Part shown: positions 62,619 to 64,000 of the stretch, in pieces
How the letters are laid out: every line of letters starts with the position of its first letter
How positions within the stretch are numbered: position 1 is the first letter of the stretch
Source: an uncultured Burkholderiaceae bacterium
GTDB lineage: Bacteria; Pseudomonadota; Gammaproteobacteria; Burkholderiales; Burkholderiaceae_A
NCBI GenBank assembly: GCA_964582195.1
Contig: CAZOQN010000002.1
Location: 608,916 to 672,915 of the forward strand
Length of the DNA stretch: 64,000 nt
Direction of reading: 5' to 3'
The notes under the pieces: model-generated
Seen by the model: the letters and a program-made list of their open reading frames with translations, nothing else
Databases searched by the model: none
Told to the model about the DNA's origin: nothing
Translations under genes and position numbers: made by a program

Positions 62619-64000
62619 GCCACCTCCTGCGTCAACGCATTCGCCACATCTAGATCTACAGCCACCACGCGAGAGACGCCCTGCTCTTGCATGGTCACGC
62701 CCATCAGGTGTTGCGCCATTTCCATCGCGATCTTGTTGTGCGTAATGAAAACAAACTGAGTGGATGCCGACATGTGCCGCACCAGGTTACAGAAACGCTC
62801 GGTGTTGGGGTCATCAAGCGGCGCATCCACCTCATCGAGCAGACAGAAAGGCGCAGGGTTTAACTGGAACAAGGCAAACACCAGGGCCGTTGCCGTCAAC
62901 GCCTTTTCACCGCCGGAGAGCAAGTGAATCGATGTGTTGCGCTTGCCTGGCGGCTGCGCCATGACCTGCACGCCGCAATCGAGAATTTCCTCTCCGGTCA
63001 TCACGAGCTTGGCCTCTCCACCGCCAAAGAGCTTTGGGAAAAGCTCGCCAAAATTTTTATTGACGGTGTCAAATGTCACCTGCAACAAGGAACGCGTCTC
63101 ACGGTCAATCTTGCGAATTGCATCCTCGAGCGTCTCCACGGCAGAGAGCAGGTCTGCGGCCTGTGAATCGAGAAACTGCTTGCGCTCGCGAGACTGCTCA
63201 AGCTCTGAGAGCGCCGCAAGGTTCACCGGGCCCATGGCCTCAATTTCCCTGTTGAGCTTTTGAACCTCGGAATGCAGGCTGCCAGGCCTGGGCCATTTGC
63301 GATCTGGAAACGCAGCCACAAGCTCTTCAGAAATCGCGCCAGGCGCAATGCCCTTGTCTTGCATCTGCTCATCAATTTGTTCAATACCCACGCGCGCGCC
63401 CGCGCAATCGGCATCGGCTTGCGCCACTGCGGTCCGCAAGGGCTCAAGGCCTCGCTGCATCTCCATGCGTTTTTCTTCCTGGGCTCGTAAGGCCTGGCCG
63501 AGTTGATCGGCCTGTTCGCGAATCTTTGCAACCGCTACCTCACGCTCAAGCCGCTCAGCCAACAAGGGCTGGACATCACTGGAATCGAGCGCTGCCTGAA
63601 GATCGTCAAGCTCCTGGCTGGCCGCATCAAGCCGCTGCCTTGCTTCATCGCAACGGCGCACCGACTCCAACATGCGCTCTTCAATGCCACGCAAGCGCTC
63701 TTGCGCTAGGCGTTGGCCCATGAGCGCATCCTGAAGCTCGCGCTCCATTTGTGACATCTGCGACCTGGCTAACTGCACTTCCAGGGCATGGCTTTCCTGC
63801 AGCTCTTTCTGACGATCGGCCTCCTGCGATTGGGATGAGAGGCGAAGCTCTGCCTCCTCAATACTTTGTGTGTTGGCTTCATGTTGGTTTTTTAGCTCAG
63901 AGGCCTCAAGGCGAAGGTTGGCTAGCGCACCCTCGAGGCTTGAGTCCTGGCTTTGAAGCCGTTGAATCTTTTCATCAAGACGAAGCTCTGCAAGCTCAAG
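62615..64000 (-). CDS. smc: Chromosome segregation protein SMC, C-terminal part (N-terminus outside window)
   Basis: The frame stays open to the window edge, translated by hand as 'LELAELRLDEKIQRLQSQ...'. The coiled coil is followed by the ABC signature 'LLSGGEKALTATALVFALF' and the Walker B 'FCLLDEVDAPLDD'. Confidence 0.92.
   Translation of the reverse strand, partial: LELAELRLDEKIQRLQSQDSSLEGALANLRLEASELKNQHEANTQSIEEAELRLSSQSQEADRQKELQESHALEVQLARSQMSQMERELQDALMGQRLAQERLRGIEERMLESVRRCDEARQRLDAASQELDDLQAALDSSDVQPLLAERLEREVAVAKIREQADQLGQALRAQEEKRMEMQRGLEPLRTAVAQADADCAGARVGIEQIDEQMQDKGIAPGAISEELVAAFPDRKWPRPGSLHSEVQKLNREIEAMGPVNLAALSELEQSRERKQFLDSQAADLLSAVETLEDAIRKIDRETRSLLQVTFDTVNKNFGELFPKLFGGGEAKLVMTGEEILDCGVQVMAQPPGKRNTSIHLLSGGEKALTATALVFALFQLNPAPFCLLDEVDAPLDDPNTERFCNLVRHMSASTQFVFITHNKIAMEMAQHLMGVTMQEQGVSRVVAVDLDVANALTQEVA

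Overview
This looks like a chromosomal segment of a betaproteobacterium. That call rests on Burkholiales-like gene order and protein N-termini; GC looks moderate by eye and was not computed. About 50 kb is conserved housekeeping synteny:
- dinG-like (5' truncated) / bamD / rluD-pgeF
- phaC-phaB-phaR-rimO-bktB
- mltG-tmk-holB-tatD-ankyrin (minus strand)
- ygfZ, then a PaaI-like thioesterase
- selO-msrB-yciB-bolA-ppiC
- tadA-YkuD, then a DUF465 gene
- guaB-guaA
- ratA-rnfH / smpB
- ppsA / ppsR
- rpsB-tsf-pyrH-frr-uppS-cdsA-dxr-rseP-bamA-skp-lpxD-fabZ-lpxA-rnhB-trmH-like (minus strand)
- map-glnD, then galU
- smc (truncated)-zipA-ligA

The one clearly accessory stretch is about 9.45-22.6 kb. It holds a co-directional, tightly spaced trio followed by three further genes:
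- a 2262-aa RTX/Ig-like type-I-secretion-style giant protein
- a lipoprotein built from a duplicated 2-Cys domain
- a 1187-aa type Va autotransporter
- a small multi-pass membrane protein
- a coiled-coil protein
- an orphan ParA/MinD-like ATPase with no ParB

I recognised no rRNA, tRNA, CRISPR array, transposase or integrase, and no known defence system. The most unusual content is the architecture of the surface-protein operon and the orphan ParA-like trio. The unusual operon features are novel iterated modules, a hydrophobic hairpin inside the giant protein, and no T1SS genes nearby. All functional links proposed for these are inference from adjacency only. Several ORF-track starts were trimmed to conserved N-termini: rpsB, fabZ, smpB, yciB, ppiC, frr, DUF465 and the lipoprotein.
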